Source of the DNA: a virus
Taxonomy: Duplodnaviria; Heunggongvirae; Uroviricota; Caudoviricetes
Length of the DNA: 46,548 nt
Reading direction: 5' to 3' (one strand)
Virus record (IMG/VR): IMGVR_UViG_2878930440_000003
In this document: positions 1 through 8,942 of the stretch, piece by piece
Position numbering within the stretch: the stretch's first letter is position 1
Layout of the letters: each line of letters starts with the position of its first letter
The notes under the pieces: generated by a model
Database searches by the model: none
The model's input: the letters and a program-made list of their open reading frames with translations, nothing else
What the model was told of the DNA's origin: nothing
Translations under genes and position numbers: made by a program

Positions 1-43
1 TAGTGTCTTCTTTGCTTCTGTTGCATTCATACTTCTATTTATG

Positions 44-316
44 TTAATCTAAATAGATGTTTTTATCACCTAAATCTTTTAATGCTATATCCTTACACTT
101 TTGGCAAAGAAATTTGTTTCCCATGCCTTTGTCAAAACACGCTAAAGAAATAAAATCTTCTGGTTGGAATTTGTGCCCACAGCAAAAGCAAGTCTTTTGT
201 ACTGACAAATTAGAACTCTCACGCAACTCCTTAAAATGAGCAAACGTCCCAAAGAAGTATCCTTTTTCACACCCTACCGCTTTGTAGACTTTCTTAGTTA
301 TTTTTACTACCTCCAT
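44..316 (-). CDS. Hypothetical protein with Cys pairs (CFCC...CQKC; possible Zn finger)
   Basis: ORF tightly packed in the minus-strand operon. Confidence 0.7.
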   Translation of the reverse strand: MEVVKITKKVYKAVGCEKGYFFGTFAHFKELRESSNLSVQKTCFCCGHKFQPEDFISLACFDKGMGNKFLCQKCKDIALKDLGDKNIYLD

Positions 317-318
317 AC

Positions 319-708
319 CTACACCTCCATTTTGTGATTAAGACCAAGACCGAAGAGAAGGTGCTGGAGTTGTGGAACAAACTTGACTGGACAAAGAAAC
401 ATCGAACAACATTCATTGATTATATATGCATTCTCATCCATGATTACAAGCTTTCGGTGTGGAAATTCCTTGAAATATATATCGTCCTTATGCTCCCATC
501 CATTCTTCTCTAGAATGGATGGGGTAAGAGGAATAGGAACAAACTGACCTTTTTCTACAATAAATCCATCAATGCCATTAATCGATCTTATTAACACTTT
601 ATCTATTGCTTCATAGTCAACAAACTTACAAACAACACCATTTGGTGTAAAGTTGTTTGGCTCTGTTCTTGTCATCACAAAGTCATCTTCAATATATTTC
701 TGTGCCAT
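319..708 (-). CDS. Hypothetical phage protein
   Basis: 129 aa ORF co-oriented and adjacent to its neighbours. Confidence 0.7.
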   Translation of the reverse strand: MAQKYIEDDFVMTRTEPNNFTPNGVVCKFVDYEAIDKVLIRSINGIDGFIVEKGQFVPIPLTPSILEKNGWEHKDDIYFKEFPHRKLVIMDENAYIINECCSMFLCPVKFVPQLQHLLFGLGLNHKMEV

Positions 709-713
709 ACGCT

Positions 714-1256
714 TTAATCTTTGCTATTAATGAAATCCTCATACTCACCTATCGTGATTTCCACGAAGTCTGGATTTTGCTTCTCAGCTCTAATACTATC
801 ATCGAAGTAAACGAAAATGCGTTCTTTGTGACGTAAAAGCTGGGTGATGGAGAATCGGCTGACGTGCGGAACTTCGATATTCAGTTCCTTCAATATCTTG
901 AAATGATGAGTAAAGGATTTATATGATGTAAGTACTGCTGCTATTGCCTTACCTTGCTTACTACGCTTGTTAGGCGCAATGCATACATAGTAACCGTCCT
1001 CCAATTTTACACCGTCTATCTTCTTCCACACCTTCTTATCTAGCGTATCGTAACGCTCAGAAAGAACCCATATAGCAGTAACCTCGTACTCTCTTGAGAG
1101 AGTTCTGTTAGGCTGAAAACCTTGCCATTTTTCAAACTCGAAGCCTACGGCTTCTTCCACTCTTTTCATGTAGGCTTGATACTCTTTCTCTTCAGCATCG
1201 AGAATACCTTTAATGTATTCATAAGCCTTACTTCCCTGTTTTGTTTCGTATAACAT
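714..1256 (-). CDS. Hypothetical phage protein
   Basis: 180 aa ORF in operon. Confidence 0.75.
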   Translation of the reverse strand: MLYETKQGSKAYEYIKGILDAEEKEYQAYMKRVEEAVGFEFEKWQGFQPNRTLSREYEVTAIWVLSERYDTLDKKVWKKIDGVKLEDGYYVCIAPNKRSKQGKAIAAVLTSYKSFTHHFKILKELNIEVPHVSRFSITQLLRHKERIFVYFDDSIRAEKQNPDFVEITIGEYEDFINSKD

Positions 1257-1262
1257 ATCTCT

Positions 1263-1448
1263 TTACTCCTTAACTTCTTTAAAAATTACATTTTTATGGT
1301 CTGAGCGTTCTTTGATGCTACAAGGGTATAGCTGCCATACTTCACAAAACTTCTTACTATCAAAGAAGCACCCTTTGCAAGATTCTTTATCAGTCTCAGT
1401 AACTTCAAGAGTTACTCTTTCTCCAACTTCAAACTCTTTCATAATCAA
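1263..1448 (-). CDS. Small Cys-rich hypothetical protein
   Basis: 61 aa, CxGC...C...C pattern, operon packing. Confidence 0.6.
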   Translation of the reverse strand: MIMKEFEVGERVTLEVTETDKESCKGCFFDSKKFCEVWQLYPCSIKERSDHKNVIFKEVKE

Positions 1449-1606
1449 AACGCTATTCTATAGTCCTTTCCTCTCAAAGTAGGTCTCTTTTTGAGGATGA
1501 ACTTTGTTAAATCTTCAAAATCTATCGGGAAGAGCGCACAATATTTATACTTCAATGTGCAGACAAATCTTCCGTTGAGCATAACATCAAATACAAATGT
1601 TTTCAT
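1445..1606 (-). CDS. Small hypothetical protein (MKTFVFDVMLNGRFVCTL..., 53 aa; not in ORF track)
   Basis: Manually translated; start and stop overlap both neighbours by 4 nt. Confidence 0.65.
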   Translation of the reverse strand: MKTFVFDVMLNGRFVCTLKYKYCALFPIDFEDLTKFILKKRPTLRGKDYRIAF

Positions 1607-1845
1607 TGTTCACCTCCTTCCTGCTTTGGCAGTATATCAGATAAATAAGCCCATTTGATGATTTGGCATCTGCTAATCGAATGTCTCCAAGATTCCTCTT
1701 TCCAAAGAATGGATTCTTTAAACTGTATATAAGCATCGTTATCAAAACCAAGGGTAATAATATCGCTCTTGCTCTTATCTGGCTCTTCTGTATTTGGATG
1801 CCATAAGTCCTTAAGGAACTCTTCCTTAGTTAATCTCTTTTCCAT
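1603..1845 (-). CDS. Hypothetical phage protein (LWHP...KWAYLSDILP family)
   Basis: 80 aa ORF; C-terminal WAY motif shared with 2903..3178. Confidence 0.7.
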   Translation of the reverse strand: MEKRLTKEEFLKDLWHPNTEEPDKSKSDIITLGFDNDAYIQFKESILWKEESWRHSISRCQIIKWAYLSDILPKQEGGEQ

Positions 1846-1848
1846 TTT

Positions 1849-2124
1849 TTAGTCTCCTTCACATAAAGTTTCGTTAACCTCGTCATTGTATGTATGAGTA
1901 ACCGGATTGTACTCAGAATGGGTTGCATCTACCCTACCTTTCCGGTTAGTGAAATAGATAGCATTTCCTTGGTCATAAAACCTGTACACTGTTATACTAT
2001 CAACAACAAACAATTTCTCGACATTGAATTTGTCAACAGAATCCGAGATTTAGACTCTTGTACCCTTACCTTTGCAACCTACCAAAATGGCGGCAACGGC
2101 TATTATCATTATTACCTTTTTCAT
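1849..2124 (-). CDS. Lipoprotein, DUF4884-like (91 aa; not in ORF track)
   Basis: Manual translation MKKVIMIIAVAAILVGC (lipobox Cys17)...EKLFVVDSITVYRFYD...YFTN; family assignment from memory. Confidence 0.7.
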
Positions 2125-2153
2125 ATCAACTTCTTTTCTTCTTGAAGAATACG

Positions 2154-2429
2154 TCATTCATCGTACCCTAATATACTAAAGAACTCATCCATTTTTGGAT
2201 TTAGATTGTTTGCCATTAACATATATGCCGGAACGGAGCGACCGATGTTGCACTCTAACTTCAATGCATGTATCATTACTGAAGCTTGATGGCTTGAAAT
2301 CTTAACCCTATCCAATCTGGAAAGTATTTCGCTCTGCGAATCTGCATTACGAAACACTTTCTTGATAAGAGTTTCTATGTACTTACGCTGCTTGTCCGTC
2401 ATTGCTCTTATTGTGCTCAAGAGACTCAA
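2154..2429 (-). CDS. Hypothetical protein (TDKQRKYI motif; likely starts at the internal MTDKQ)
   Basis: ORF in operon; N-terminal motif resembles 40466 ORF (TENQKKFI). Confidence 0.6.
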   Translation of the reverse strand: MSLLSTIRAMTDKQRKYIETLIKKVFRNADSQSEILSRLDRVKISSHQASVMIHALKLECNIGRSVPAYMLMANNLNPKMDEFFSILGYDE

Positions 2430-2643
2430 CCAAAGCCTTCAGACCATTGAAAGTAGCATCCACCAACTCCTTGCTATCGGAAGCATCAAAATACCAATTT
2501 CCAATAATCTTGCTATTATTTTCAGCAAACATCGTAATACTCGTATGAGTATTTGAAGACGACATCTGGATAGACTCCTTTGTTCTACCCATGAGGCTGG
2601 CAATCTTTGCCAACACCTCTACATAAACATTATTCTTTTCCAC
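2383..2643 (-). CDS. Hypothetical protein, first gene after promoter at 2714-2745
   Basis: 86 aa ORF directly downstream of a leader motif. Confidence 0.7.
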   Translation of the reverse strand: MEKNNVYVEVLAKIASLMGRTKESIQMSSSNTHTSITMFAENNSKIIGNWYFDASDSKELVDATFNGLKALVESLEHNKSNDGQAA

Positions 2644-2653
2644 TTTCTTCTTA

Positions 2654-2745
2654 CAGTTTTTATGGTGTGTCTCACCTTTTTAAAATTAGTAACCTTGTTT
2701 CTTAATTACATTGCAAAGATACAAAGAATATCTGAAATATGCAAA
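2654..2745 (-). promoter_or_regulatory. Bacteroidota sigma-A promoter (TTTG-N20-TATCTTTG) plus leader motif GGTGAGACACACC..AACTG
   Basis: Plus-strand caaa 2742-2745, caaagata 2714-2721, ggtgtgtctcacc 2664-2676. Confidence 0.8.
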
Positions 2746-2902
2746 CTTTTTAATGTGTTTCTTTTATTCTTTAATATATCATAACACATAACACCAATAA
2801 TTTACTGACGTTAACACAAAAATCCCCACCACTACATTATTATATATAGTGATGGGGCAAACATTTAAAACAAAATAGCATTATGGATTTCTACGATTAC
2901 TA

Positions 2903-3178
2903 TCAAACTAAATCGTCCACATAAGCCCATTTATAGATGGCGTTTGATTTCGTGAACCTATTCCACCATTCCTCGCCTAAGAAATTCAGATGCTTGAAAC
3001 GCTTGCGAACCTTGGTCAGACCGACAATGCGTCTGTTATACTCAGGCAGCTCTTCAACAGAATGCCAAGCACCTTCTTTTTGATATTTCATTCCCAACTC
3101 CAAGGCTTGCTTGGCTACCTGCCTTGCACCTTGACTAAAGTCTATCTTATCAATCAACAATTCTAAGTCCATAATCAA
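2903..3178 (-). CDS. Hypothetical phage protein
   Basis: 91 aa ORF, WH...KWAY motif. Confidence 0.7.
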   Translation of the reverse strand: MIMDLELLIDKIDFSQGARQVAKQALELGMKYQKEGAWHSVEELPEYNRRIVGLTKVRKRFKHLNFLGEEWWNRFTKSNAIYKWAYVDDLV

Positions 3179-3414
3179 ATAACTTTTATGTTAACTTTGT
3201 CTTCAAAAAACGCTTCTAGCACTTCCTTGGCTTTTGCATCCGCTTCATCCAAGTCTTTGCACTTGATAACCCTAACATTATAGCCTATAGGATTACGTAA
3301 CTCATAACTACCTTCAACCTTAACCAACCGGATGAAAATATCTCCACCTTTGAAGCGGTACGAATATCCTTCTGTTGCCTCGTTCCATTGTCTAACTATG
3401 TTCCTCACCGCCAT
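3175..3414 (-). CDS. Hypothetical phage protein
   Basis: 79 aa ORF overlapping neighbours. Confidence 0.65.
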   Translation of the reverse strand: MAVRNIVRQWNEATEGYSYRFKGGDIFIRLVKVEGSYELRNPIGYNVRVIKCKDLDEADAKAKEVLEAFFEDKVNIKVI

Positions 3415-3619
3415 AATATCTTTGCACTTTTAACAATGTAGCACTAGCACCCTCAATGTAGGCTGCGATAATGACATTTCTATATAGCTCACTATTTTCC
3501 TTATCAATTCCTACCAAGCCTTCTGTTGATTTCAAAGGCTCAATTGTAAATTTATAAGCCTCCTCTACTATCCAGCTAGGAACACCATTTGAAATCAAAT
3601 TCTTACAATACTCATTCAT
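3392..3619 (-). CDS. Hypothetical phage protein
   Basis: 75 aa ORF after the non-coding region. Confidence 0.65.
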   Translation of the reverse strand: MNEYCKNLISNGVPSWIVEEAYKFTIEPLKSTEGLVGIDKENSELYRNVIIAAYIEGASATLLKVQRYYGGEEHS

Positions 3620-3637
3620 GATTTTACCTTTTAAAAT

Positions 3638-3774
3638 TAGTGGATGACAAGGGATTTAAACCCTTGTTGGTGTCAACACCTCCCCAGTGACCTGGTACAC
3701 GGAATGTTTAATCAGAAAATCCGCTCCAAGTTTGCGAGGGTCGCATTGCTTTCAGTTGCCAATGCCACTCATCC
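3638..3774 (-). ncRNA. tRNA-like structured element (non-canonical)
   Basis: GGAUGA/UCAUCC acceptor-like stem, CAAGGG-UUUAAAU-CCCUUG T-arm-like hairpin, GCAUUG/CAAUGC D-like hairpin, GGUG/CACC variable arm, 3' ACUA. Confidence 0.4.
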
Positions 3775-4068
3775 GTTTGTCAGCGACAGATGCGAATTTG
3801 AAGATTGTGCACCATTCCCAACCTTGCCCAAGGGTTTCTGCCGCTGACTAATAGGCATTTGCCAATGGTTGTCGGCAAATTTTAAGTGTTCACATCTTAC
3901 GATGCGGTATTAACTATCTCCCTGCCCAAGGGAACAACCATTAGCGATAGGCTATTTGTAGTTATGAAACATTCAAATAAAGCCGTGCGACTCCTAGTTT
4001 ATCATCATGCCCCCACGCAAGGCATCACACGGCTTTGGCACGTGGGTATTTGGTAGATTATGGCTTTC
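3775..4068 (-). ncRNA. Candidate structured RNA upstream of the tRNA-like element
   Basis: No ORF on the operon strand; several 9-12 bp helices; repeated CCCUUGGGCA hairpin loop. Confidence 0.4.
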
Positions 4069-4230
4069 CTACCTCGTCTTTCTTATATCATTCCGCTGCC
4101 ATCCTGCCGCCCAGTCTACCGGAGCTGCATTACAGCAGTGAAAAGATGTATTCACATTATATAAGGCTGCTCTGAACTCATCCAATTCTTCTGCCGAGAA
4201 CGGACAATCCTTGTTTACCCGCCTTTTCAT
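4069..4230 (-). CDS. Small hypothetical protein (MKRRVNKDCPFS..., 53 aa; not in track)
   Basis: Manual translation; ATGA overlap with upstream ORF. Confidence 0.55.
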   Translation of the reverse strand: MKRRVNKDCPFSAEELDEFRAALYNVNTSFHCCNAAPVDWAAGWQRNDIRKTR

Positions 4231-4385
4231 AATTTCACTACCTTATAGCCAAGCCGACTTGCAAGATCAAGAAAAATATTAAAGTATTCCTGTGCAACTT
4301 CTGTTCCTGATACTACGCCATTTTCAAACGTGAAGTAACGCTTTGTATTGTAAAGCGTATCTTCCAAGCAATAAGTTTCTTTCAT
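4227..4385 (-). CDS. Small hypothetical protein (MKETYCLEDT..., 52 aa; not in track)
   Basis: Manual translation; starts 9 nt after the methylase stop. Confidence 0.55.
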   Translation of the reverse strand: MKETYCLEDTLYNTKRYFTFENGVVSGTEVAQEYFNIFLDLASRLGYKVVKL

Positions 4386-4394
4386 TTCTTCTTT

Positions 4395-5120
4395 CTAATC
4401 AATTGTAAACAACCTTTCGACTGGTCTCTTTGTTATATTCGGGTTAAGAGAGTTTGTTACTTCCTTTTCCCAAACACATCTGAACTCTTGGGGCATCTGA
4501 TACTCGCTGATAAATACCTTATGACCTCTTCTAGCCATTTCCATGCACCATATATAGAATCTTTCGTAATCGAAATTCTTTGATACATCATACTTTTTCG
4601 TAGCTTTGTAAGGCAAATCGCAATACACTATACTCCTATCCGGTATCACAAGTTCATCATAACTGCCGCTATAAAACTCGACACCTTTGAGAAGAGGCAC
4701 ATCACGCATTGTATTTTCTATCTGCTCCCTTATGTAATCTCTTGCCTTTCCGTTCTTGCCGACAACATTATGTCCGCTATAGCCACCATCAAAGAAACGT
4801 CCATTAAAGCTCGCCATAAAGCCAATTAGTCCGACACCTGCTTCTGTGAAGAATTTATTCTTTCCGTGATAGCAGTCTCTTGCAAAGTTATACAACGTCT
4901 TACTAATATGGTTGAAGACAAACCCATCATTCTGAAGATACTTCCACATTTCGATAAGATACCTATTCTTATCGTTGGCAATCCTTCGATACGTGTCCGG
5001 AACGTTCTCAATAACGCTACAGCCACCACAGAAAGCATCTACAAACGTATCATGCTCTTTGTCCAGCATAATCGGCAATATTTCATGCACGATTCTAGCC
5101 TTACTACCCATGTACTTCAT
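4395..5120 (-). CDS. DNA adenine methyltransferase (Dam/D12-class-like)
   Basis: KYMGSK N-terminus, DAFCGG SAM motif, NDKN, CDLPY (DPPY-like) motif. Confidence 0.85.
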   Translation of the reverse strand: MKYMGSKARIVHEILPIMLDKEHDTFVDAFCGGCSVIENVPDTYRRIANDKNRYLIEMWKYLQNDGFVFNHISKTLYNFARDCYHGKNKFFTEAGVGLIGFMASFNGRFFDGGYSGHNVVGKNGKARDYIREQIENTMRDVPLLKGVEFYSGSYDELVIPDRSIVYCDLPYKATKKYDVSKNFDYERFYIWCMEMARRGHKVFISEYQMPQEFRCVWEKEVTNSLNPNITKRPVERLFTID

Positions 5121-5374
5121 CCTATCATCTTCTTTATCATTTTAACACCTCGGTTGCCAAACTTTCGCTCGACTACCTCATTATAACTCACTCCATCAAT
5201 GGAACACTCATCCGGATAGCACTCTTCAAGCCAATCTGTGAACTTCAGCAAATTGAAGACCAACTCTTTTCTTGCTAAAAGAAACCGCATATCAACGAAC
5301 TTTCCAAAGCTTACTCCGAAGATTTTCTGAAATTCATTACCTATAGGCAAAAAATCGCTTGACTCTATCTTCAT
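5117..5374 (-). CDS. Hypothetical phage protein
   Basis: 85 aa ORF with overlapping start/stop. Confidence 0.7.
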   Translation of the reverse strand: MKIESSDFLPIGNEFQKIFGVSFGKFVDMRFLLARKELVFNLLKFTDWLEECYPDECSIDGVSYNEVVERKFGNRGVKMIKKMIG

Positions 5375-6198
5375 TAGCTAACTTTCTTGGTTGTTGTTCT
5401 TTCCAAAGGATAGCCACTCTTCATAAAGTCACTAATTCCTATGTAAGTTCGCTGTAAATCTTTCTCATCGTCCTTCAGATCTTCCGTTGCGTTGATAGCC
5501 GCCTCATTCAAAGTCTGTTCGTCAAAGACACCTTTTCTTACCTTATCGAAATAAGAAAGAATTTCTTTTGTCATCAAATGGTCAGCCAATCTCTTGAAAT
5601 CCTTATCCATCACTAATGCCATGAAATCATAAGAATTTTCAAAGGCCAAGATAGGAGCAAAGTCCTTGAACGCTTGCATTAAGTTAACGTGCAATTCTTC
5701 AAACAGCTTACGGATGATATTCTCGTAAGTTCCCAAACAAAGGTTGGTCAGATTGTACAGGATGATTGCATTTGCATAAACTCCCGATTTTTCACCAATT
5801 CCTAAGTTCTGTAACCTCACCGCAAGCTTATCTCGCAACTTGTATAAGTCTTCACTAATCTTGTCATAGAACGTCATTGCGAATTCGTTATTGAAATCTG
5901 CATTAGGAACATAAGCGTCATAATACTTAATCACCTTGCGAAGGTTCTTCTTGCAGTCTACCCACTTCTTCTTAACTTCAAACCTAACGCATTTCTTCTT
6001 CAGAATACTCTTTTCGATTTTCTGCATGAAGCACTCTGCCAACACCATTTCAACATAGACATATTGCTGAAGATAACCTCTAGTAATAACCATAACCTTG
6101 TTTACTTCTGTTTCGGTCATTCCATTCGGAACACTGATAATTATCTTCTTACCACCTACGTTCAATAAGACTCTTCGGAAACAATTTACACTAGGCAT
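5374..6198 (-). CDS. Hypothetical helical protein
   Basis: 274 aa ORF in operon. Confidence 0.8.
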   Translation of the reverse strand: MPSVNCFRRVLLNVGGKKIIISVPNGMTETEVNKVMVITRGYLQQYVYVEMVLAECFMQKIEKSILKKKCVRFEVKKKWVDCKKNLRKVIKYYDAYVPNADFNNEFAMTFYDKISEDLYKLRDKLAVRLQNLGIGEKSGVYANAIILYNLTNLCLGTYENIIRKLFEELHVNLMQAFKDFAPILAFENSYDFMALVMDKDFKRLADHLMTKEILSYFDKVRKGVFDEQTLNEAAINATEDLKDDEKDLQRTYIGISDFMKSGYPLERTTTKKVS

Positions 6199-6487
6199 GA
6201 TGCTTTCTGTTTGAATATTCTACTACCTTATTATAGCACTCCGTTCTCACCAAATCCTCGACCCGATTCAATGTGCAAGCCTCATGAGTATCATTCATAT
6301 TGACTTGTGGACAGCAAATCTGATAAAAAAACTTTGTTCTGATGGTAAAACCAAAGAACTTGATTTGCTCCTTGAATACCCGACCGGACACCACCTTATC
6401 AAGTTTCTTCTTGCCATCGAAGAGATTCAAACTCTCTTCTCTACGATATACAATATCGGTCTTAACCGAAAAAATCTTTCCGAACAT
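6191..6487 (-). CDS. Hypothetical protein
   Basis: 98 aa ORF in operon. Confidence 0.65.
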   Translation of the reverse strand: MFGKIFSVKTDIVYRREESLNLFDGKKKLDKVVSGRVFKEQIKFFGFTIRTKFFYQICCPQVNMNDTHEACTLNRVEDLVRTECYNKVVEYSNRKHHA

Positions 6488-6489
6488 AA

Positions 6490-6837
6490 CTATTCCTCCA
6501 AATTCCTAAGCGTTTCCAAACTCTCATCATTATCAACATCATAGCCGATACGATATTCGTTACCAATTCTTGCACCAATGTATACCTCTTCGGCATCCAA
6601 GATATAACGGGACATCTGTTCACGAACCTTTATCTGTTCTTCATTCAACCCAAGTACATCAAAGCACTCTTCCTGCAATGACTTATATGGTTTCGTTCCC
6701 ATATATGAGACATAAGCCAGCTTGCCTTCCTGATGCAATGGCTCCCACTTCTCCCACCAATGGTTGCGATACTCCAAGATACCTCTTTCTACTCCATCGG
6801 CACAAACATATTTAACTATTCGTATTCTCATTATCAA
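6490..6837 (-). CDS. Hypothetical protein
   Basis: 115 aa ORF in operon. Confidence 0.7.
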   Translation of the reverse strand: MIMRIRIVKYVCADGVERGILEYRNHWWEKWEPLHQEGKLAYVSYMGTKPYKSLQEECFDVLGLNEEQIKVREQMSRYILDAEEVYIGARIGNEYRIGYDVDNDESLETLRNLEE

Positions 6838-7000
6838 CCTTTTTTAAAACAACTTTAACTGTCTTTCCTTGGCACTTGAACACACGAGACTTAATCTTGT
6901 ATGTAAGATTGTTAATTACGACTTTATCCCCTACACAAGGCATAAAATGGAAATCGTAATTTTTCAAAATGATACTGCCTTCATACTCGAATTCAACCAT
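6812..7000 (-). CDS. Small hypothetical protein
   Basis: 62 aa, FMPCVGDKV motif, overlaps neighbours. Confidence 0.6.
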   Translation of the reverse strand: MVEFEYEGSIILKNYDFHFMPCVGDKVVINNLTYKIKSRVFKCQGKTVKVVLKKVDNENTNS

Positions 7001-7226
7001 TTTTCTGCTCTCCTAATGTTTCCCTATATTTATCTAACATTATTGAATTAATCTCAGACCAAAAAGTTACAATTACGCCTTCGAAATCAACATTATGTTC
7101 ATGTGCTATAAAATTTCCAGCACTGACAAAATCAAAATAGCCTTCAATCGTCTCTTGTGTACCTGTACATGTACATGTTATGCCATTCTTGACATACTTA
7201 GCCACAAAATAATAGCATTTCTTCAT
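6993..7226 (-). CDS. Hypothetical protein
   Basis: 77 aa ORF in operon. Confidence 0.6.
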   Translation of the reverse strand: MKKCYYFVAKYVKNGITCTCTGTQETIEGYFDFVSAGNFIAHEHNVDFEGVIVTFWSEINSIMLDKYRETLGEQKNG

Positions 7227-7513
7227 CGCAACAACTCCCTAATAAATTCGTTACGCATCGGCTCAACGATGCTTGTGTACAAACTCTGCTTATCTTCGGG
7301 AATGTCATCCGGTGTAATAGAGAACATCAACAAATAAGACATCGGAATCTTCAATACCTTGCATATTGCATCAATCTTACTCTTACGTGGAAACGTTCTT
7401 CCGGTCTCCATAAACAACATATTTGTCTCACTACAACCGATAGCCTTACCAAGTTGTCGTTGGGTCAAGCCCTTGCTTACCCTCATTGTCTTAATCGCCT
7501 TTCCTAAATCCAT
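7223..7513 (-). CDS. XRE/Cro-CI family HTH transcriptional regulator
   Basis: LGKAIKTMR..KGLTQRQLGKAIGCS...METGRTFP pattern. Confidence 0.85.
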   Translation of the reverse strand: MDLGKAIKTMRVSKGLTQRQLGKAIGCSETNMLFMETGRTFPRKSKIDAICKVLKIPMSYLLMFSITPDDIPEDKQSLYTSIVEPMRNEFIRELLR

Positions 7514-7521
7514 TTAACCTC

Positions 7522-7833
7522 CTATTTTAAATTTTCAAATCTATTCTTAATTGCAATCATGGCATCATTGACACCATCCTTATATCCAACAGAATACAAG
7601 GAACAATCCTCTTCGCTCGGTTTTCCGGTTTTTGATTTCAAAAACTCTTCTATCTCACGGAAACCATACTCCAAGAATCTGAGAAACATAGCGTTCTTCG
7701 TGATAGCTGGTCGTAGAACATCTTTAACCCAATCCCAGCCATCACCATAACCCAAAGTGAAACTAGAATTATTACAATATCTCACTTTCGGCTCATCCAA
7801 CCATTGTTTTATTATTTCCTTTTTTGTCATCAT
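7522..7833 (-). CDS. Hypothetical protein, first gene after promoter at ~7890-7930
   Basis: 103 aa ORF with internally repeated GYxDG motif. Confidence 0.7.
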   Translation of the reverse strand: MMTKKEIIKQWLDEPKVRYCNNSSFTLGYGDGWDWVKDVLRPAITKNAMFLRFLEYGFREIEEFLKSKTGKPSEEDCSLYSVGYKDGVNDAMIAIKNRFENLK

Positions 7834-7836
7834 TCC

Positions 7837-7955
7837 CAGTTTTTATGGTGTGTCTCACCTTTTTAAAATTAGTAACCTTGTTTCTTAATTGCAATGCAAA
7901 GATACAAAGAATATTCAAAACATGCAAGCATTTTAATGTGTTTCTTTATTTTATT
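7837..7955 (-). promoter_or_regulatory. Promoter and leader motif; near-duplicate of 2654-2775
   Basis: ggtgtgtctcacc 7847-7859, tgcaaagatac, ttttaatgtgttt all shared with the 2654 copy. Confidence 0.8.
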
Positions 7956-8241
7956 AATGTATTTTAATTATTTAATATAGTTTCTACCATTTATTTTAAA
8001 CTTTTTACATTTTTCTCTTTCTCAAACACTCTTTCTACTATCACCTTTATCCTTAATTTCGTCTTACTATGTTCTTTAACGTGTGCCTTACGCTTTGTAG
8101 TTTTTGCACCTTGCAGCAATTTCTGTCAGTCGCTTCCCTTGTACTTTCGTAGTGCTACCTTTCTTGCATATCAAGACATTTCCTATACTTGAATCTTGTA
8201 TTTCCAAGAAATGGACGCAACAAAAACAACTTCTAAAATTC

Positions 8242-8520
8242 TTATCCCTTTGACATTTCCTTTTTAAGTTTCTTTCTTTGAGCCAAAAACATAACAATCT
8301 CATCGAAATCATCGCAATTCAAGAGCATTTGTCCAACCTGCCATTCCGCTGCTTTCTGCTTGGCATCCTCCATGCCCTTTGCTAAGAATGTGATTTTCTT
8401 GTCTTGGCTTCGATTCTCTACAGTAACTTCAAGTGTACCATATTCAAGTTCGGTAGTCTTCATACTGAGACCTTCATCAAATATCCTCAACAAATGATTA
8501 AAAAGATTACTTCTTTCCAT
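8242..8520 (-). CDS. Hypothetical protein
   Basis: 92 aa ORF in operon. Confidence 0.7.
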   Translation of the reverse strand: MERSNLFNHLLRIFDEGLSMKTTELEYGTLEVTVENRSQDKKITFLAKGMEDAKQKAAEWQVGQMLLNCDDFDEIVMFLAQRKKLKKEMSKG

Positions 8521-8905
8521 GTTTCAACCTTTCGTTTTCTTGTTTCAACAAATCCTCAAACTCCTTACGCTTTGCTCGCATATTCTCGAACCATTTACTT
8601 GGTGTTATAGGACACCCCATAAGCCAATGGTCGAAGTTTGGAATAGGCAAATTGAACTCACTAGCTTCAATAGTATAATCGTACCACTTCAACAACTCTT
8701 CTTCGGGAGCTTCCTTGTCTATATCAGTTACAATAGTAGCCATATCGAAGGTAAAATCACCGCAATTGGCTATTCCTCCAACTTGGCCACCTATCCAAAA
8801 TGTCTCCGTATTATCTAATCCGTAAAACTCATGCTTCTCACAGAATGCCTTCAAGTAAGCATTGCAAGCATTCTCGTAATCATTCTTTAATTTCTCTTTA
8901 TCCAT
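8507..8905 (-). CDS. Hypothetical phage protein
   Basis: 132 aa ORF in operon. Confidence 0.75.
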   Translation of the reverse strand: MDKEKLKNDYENACNAYLKAFCEKHEFYGLDNTETFWIGGQVGGIANCGDFTFDMATIVTDIDKEAPEEELLKWYDYTIEASEFNLPIPNFDHWLMGCPITPSKWFENMRAKRKEFEDLLKQENERLKHGKK

Positions 8906-8942
8906 ATCACATATCCTTAAAAAGTTTCTTAATCTCGCTCTT

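Noticed and set aside
3977-4036. AGCCGUGUGA...UCGCACGGCUU resembles group II intron domain V
   Set aside because: No catalytic 2-nt bulge, no domain VI or GUGYG 5' end, and no RT/maturase nearby
8088-8312. Possible frameshift joining 8242..8520 to the Cys-rich ORF 8088..8312
   Set aside because: A one-base change would fuse them, but no homologue evidence is available and independent small genes are equally plausible
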